Shown piece by piece: positions 63,188 through 64,000 of a stretch of DNA of 64,000 nucleotides. The stretch is from Epiperipatus broadwayi. Lineage: Eukaryota; Animalia; Onychophora. The notes beneath the pieces are model-generated. The model was not told the DNA's origin and did no database searches. It worked only from the letters and a program-made list of their open reading frames with translations. Where the stretch lies: assembly GCA_028023455.1 (NCBI GenBank), contig JAQFVV010000005.1, forward strand, positions 16,926,001 to 16,990,000. The letters run 5' to 3'. The position numbers and the translations under genes are program-made. How positions within the stretch are numbered: position 1 is the stretch's first letter; each line of letters opens with the position of its first letter.

Positions 63188-64000
63188 AAAGAATTGCTAT
63201 TAACTGAAAGGAGACCCTCTGATTCCTCTTGGAGGCCTTAAAGGAACCGAGCAGGGCAAATTCCTAATGTCCACTCCATACGTTCTTGTCGTTGCAGCTG
63301 TTATTACTATGTGATTATTCATATAGTATACGAACATGGATGGGCTGCTCACCAACACGCATTAGCCAGCGTGGTGAGTTTATTGGCTTTTTACCTCTGA
63401 GTTTAAGATCAAGAAACACCATGGTTTTTCTTCTCAGTGCCTGATAAGGCAGAATGAATGTTTGTGTAAATGATAAATATTTTTCCAATACATATATACA
63501 ATTATGACAGACAAAATCAACGCATGGCCCTTATTCCCAGGAGGCTGTAAAGTCATCGACCAAGGCAGCGGTTGGTGGCCGAAGGCGGAGGGTGCTAAGA
63601 ATCCCCTGATTGCGGACCCAGGCTGCCATTTGATGACGACTTTTTATTTAGGTACTTACAACTACAGATCACTTTCAAGTGAAGGAAGATTGCAAGAATT
63701 AGAAGAAGAACTGTCTTATATTAAATGGGACATTATTGGACTTTGTGAAGTTAGAAGAAAAGGAGAAGAAACAATTGATTTAAAAAGTGGACATATACTC
63801 TATAATAAAGGCACACATATTGGAAATACAAGTGGAGTAGGATTCATTATAAATAAAAAGTGGAAGAACAATATTGTGGAGATTGATGGTGTATCGGACA
63901 GAGTGGCAAGATTAGTTATACAACTTAATAGCAGATACCAAATGCAGATAATTCAGGTTTATGCCCCAACAAGTTCTCATAGTGATGAAGTAGTAGATTT
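63188..64000 (+). mobile_element. RTE LINE 5' end with uninterrupted APE ORF (63633 to window end)
   Basis: MTTFYLGTYNYRSLSSEGRL...WDIIGLCEVRR...GVGFII...QVYAPTSSHSDEVVD with no stop; 5' UTR matches 40200-40650. Confidence 0.93.

Noticed and set aside
63205-63275. HDV-like ribozyme in the RTE 5' UTR
   Set aside because: A P1-like pairing is visible, but I could not build P2, P3 and P1.1 consistently in both copies; needs a motif search

Overview
AT-rich invertebrate animal genomic DNA, probably from a non-insect arthropod (inference only). (1) One host gene is supported, and the ORF track shows only pieces of it. It is a 4-exon selenoprotein M (SELENOM) gene on the minus strand, CDS join complement(35133..35243, 26384..26454, 22835..22913, 9556..9696), 133 aa. 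It has a signal peptide, a CGGU motif with in-frame UGA at 26442-26440, and a canonical SECIS at 6237-6314, about 3.2 kb beyond the stop. (2) The rest is a dense transposon graveyard: three RTE LINE copies, L1/Tx1-like pieces, several Penelope-like (PLE) RT/GIY-YIG fragments including one large fold-back PLE, a gypsy gag, pogo/Tigger, mariner and Merlin remnants, and tRNA-derived SINEs. (3) The most unusual signal is three unrelated families of small non-coding units (~440-460, ~335 and ~308 nt) forming 8 insertions with one shared architecture. Each has a fold-back inversion, often with tandem monomers, mostly 11-17 bp target-site duplications, a constant polarity within each family, and, in the two multi-copy families, termini at two fixed sites 30-70 nt apart. 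The ~450-nt family carries a minimal type I hammerhead (retrozyme-like). The other two show strand-specific, partly covarying hairpins but no ribozyme I can recognise.
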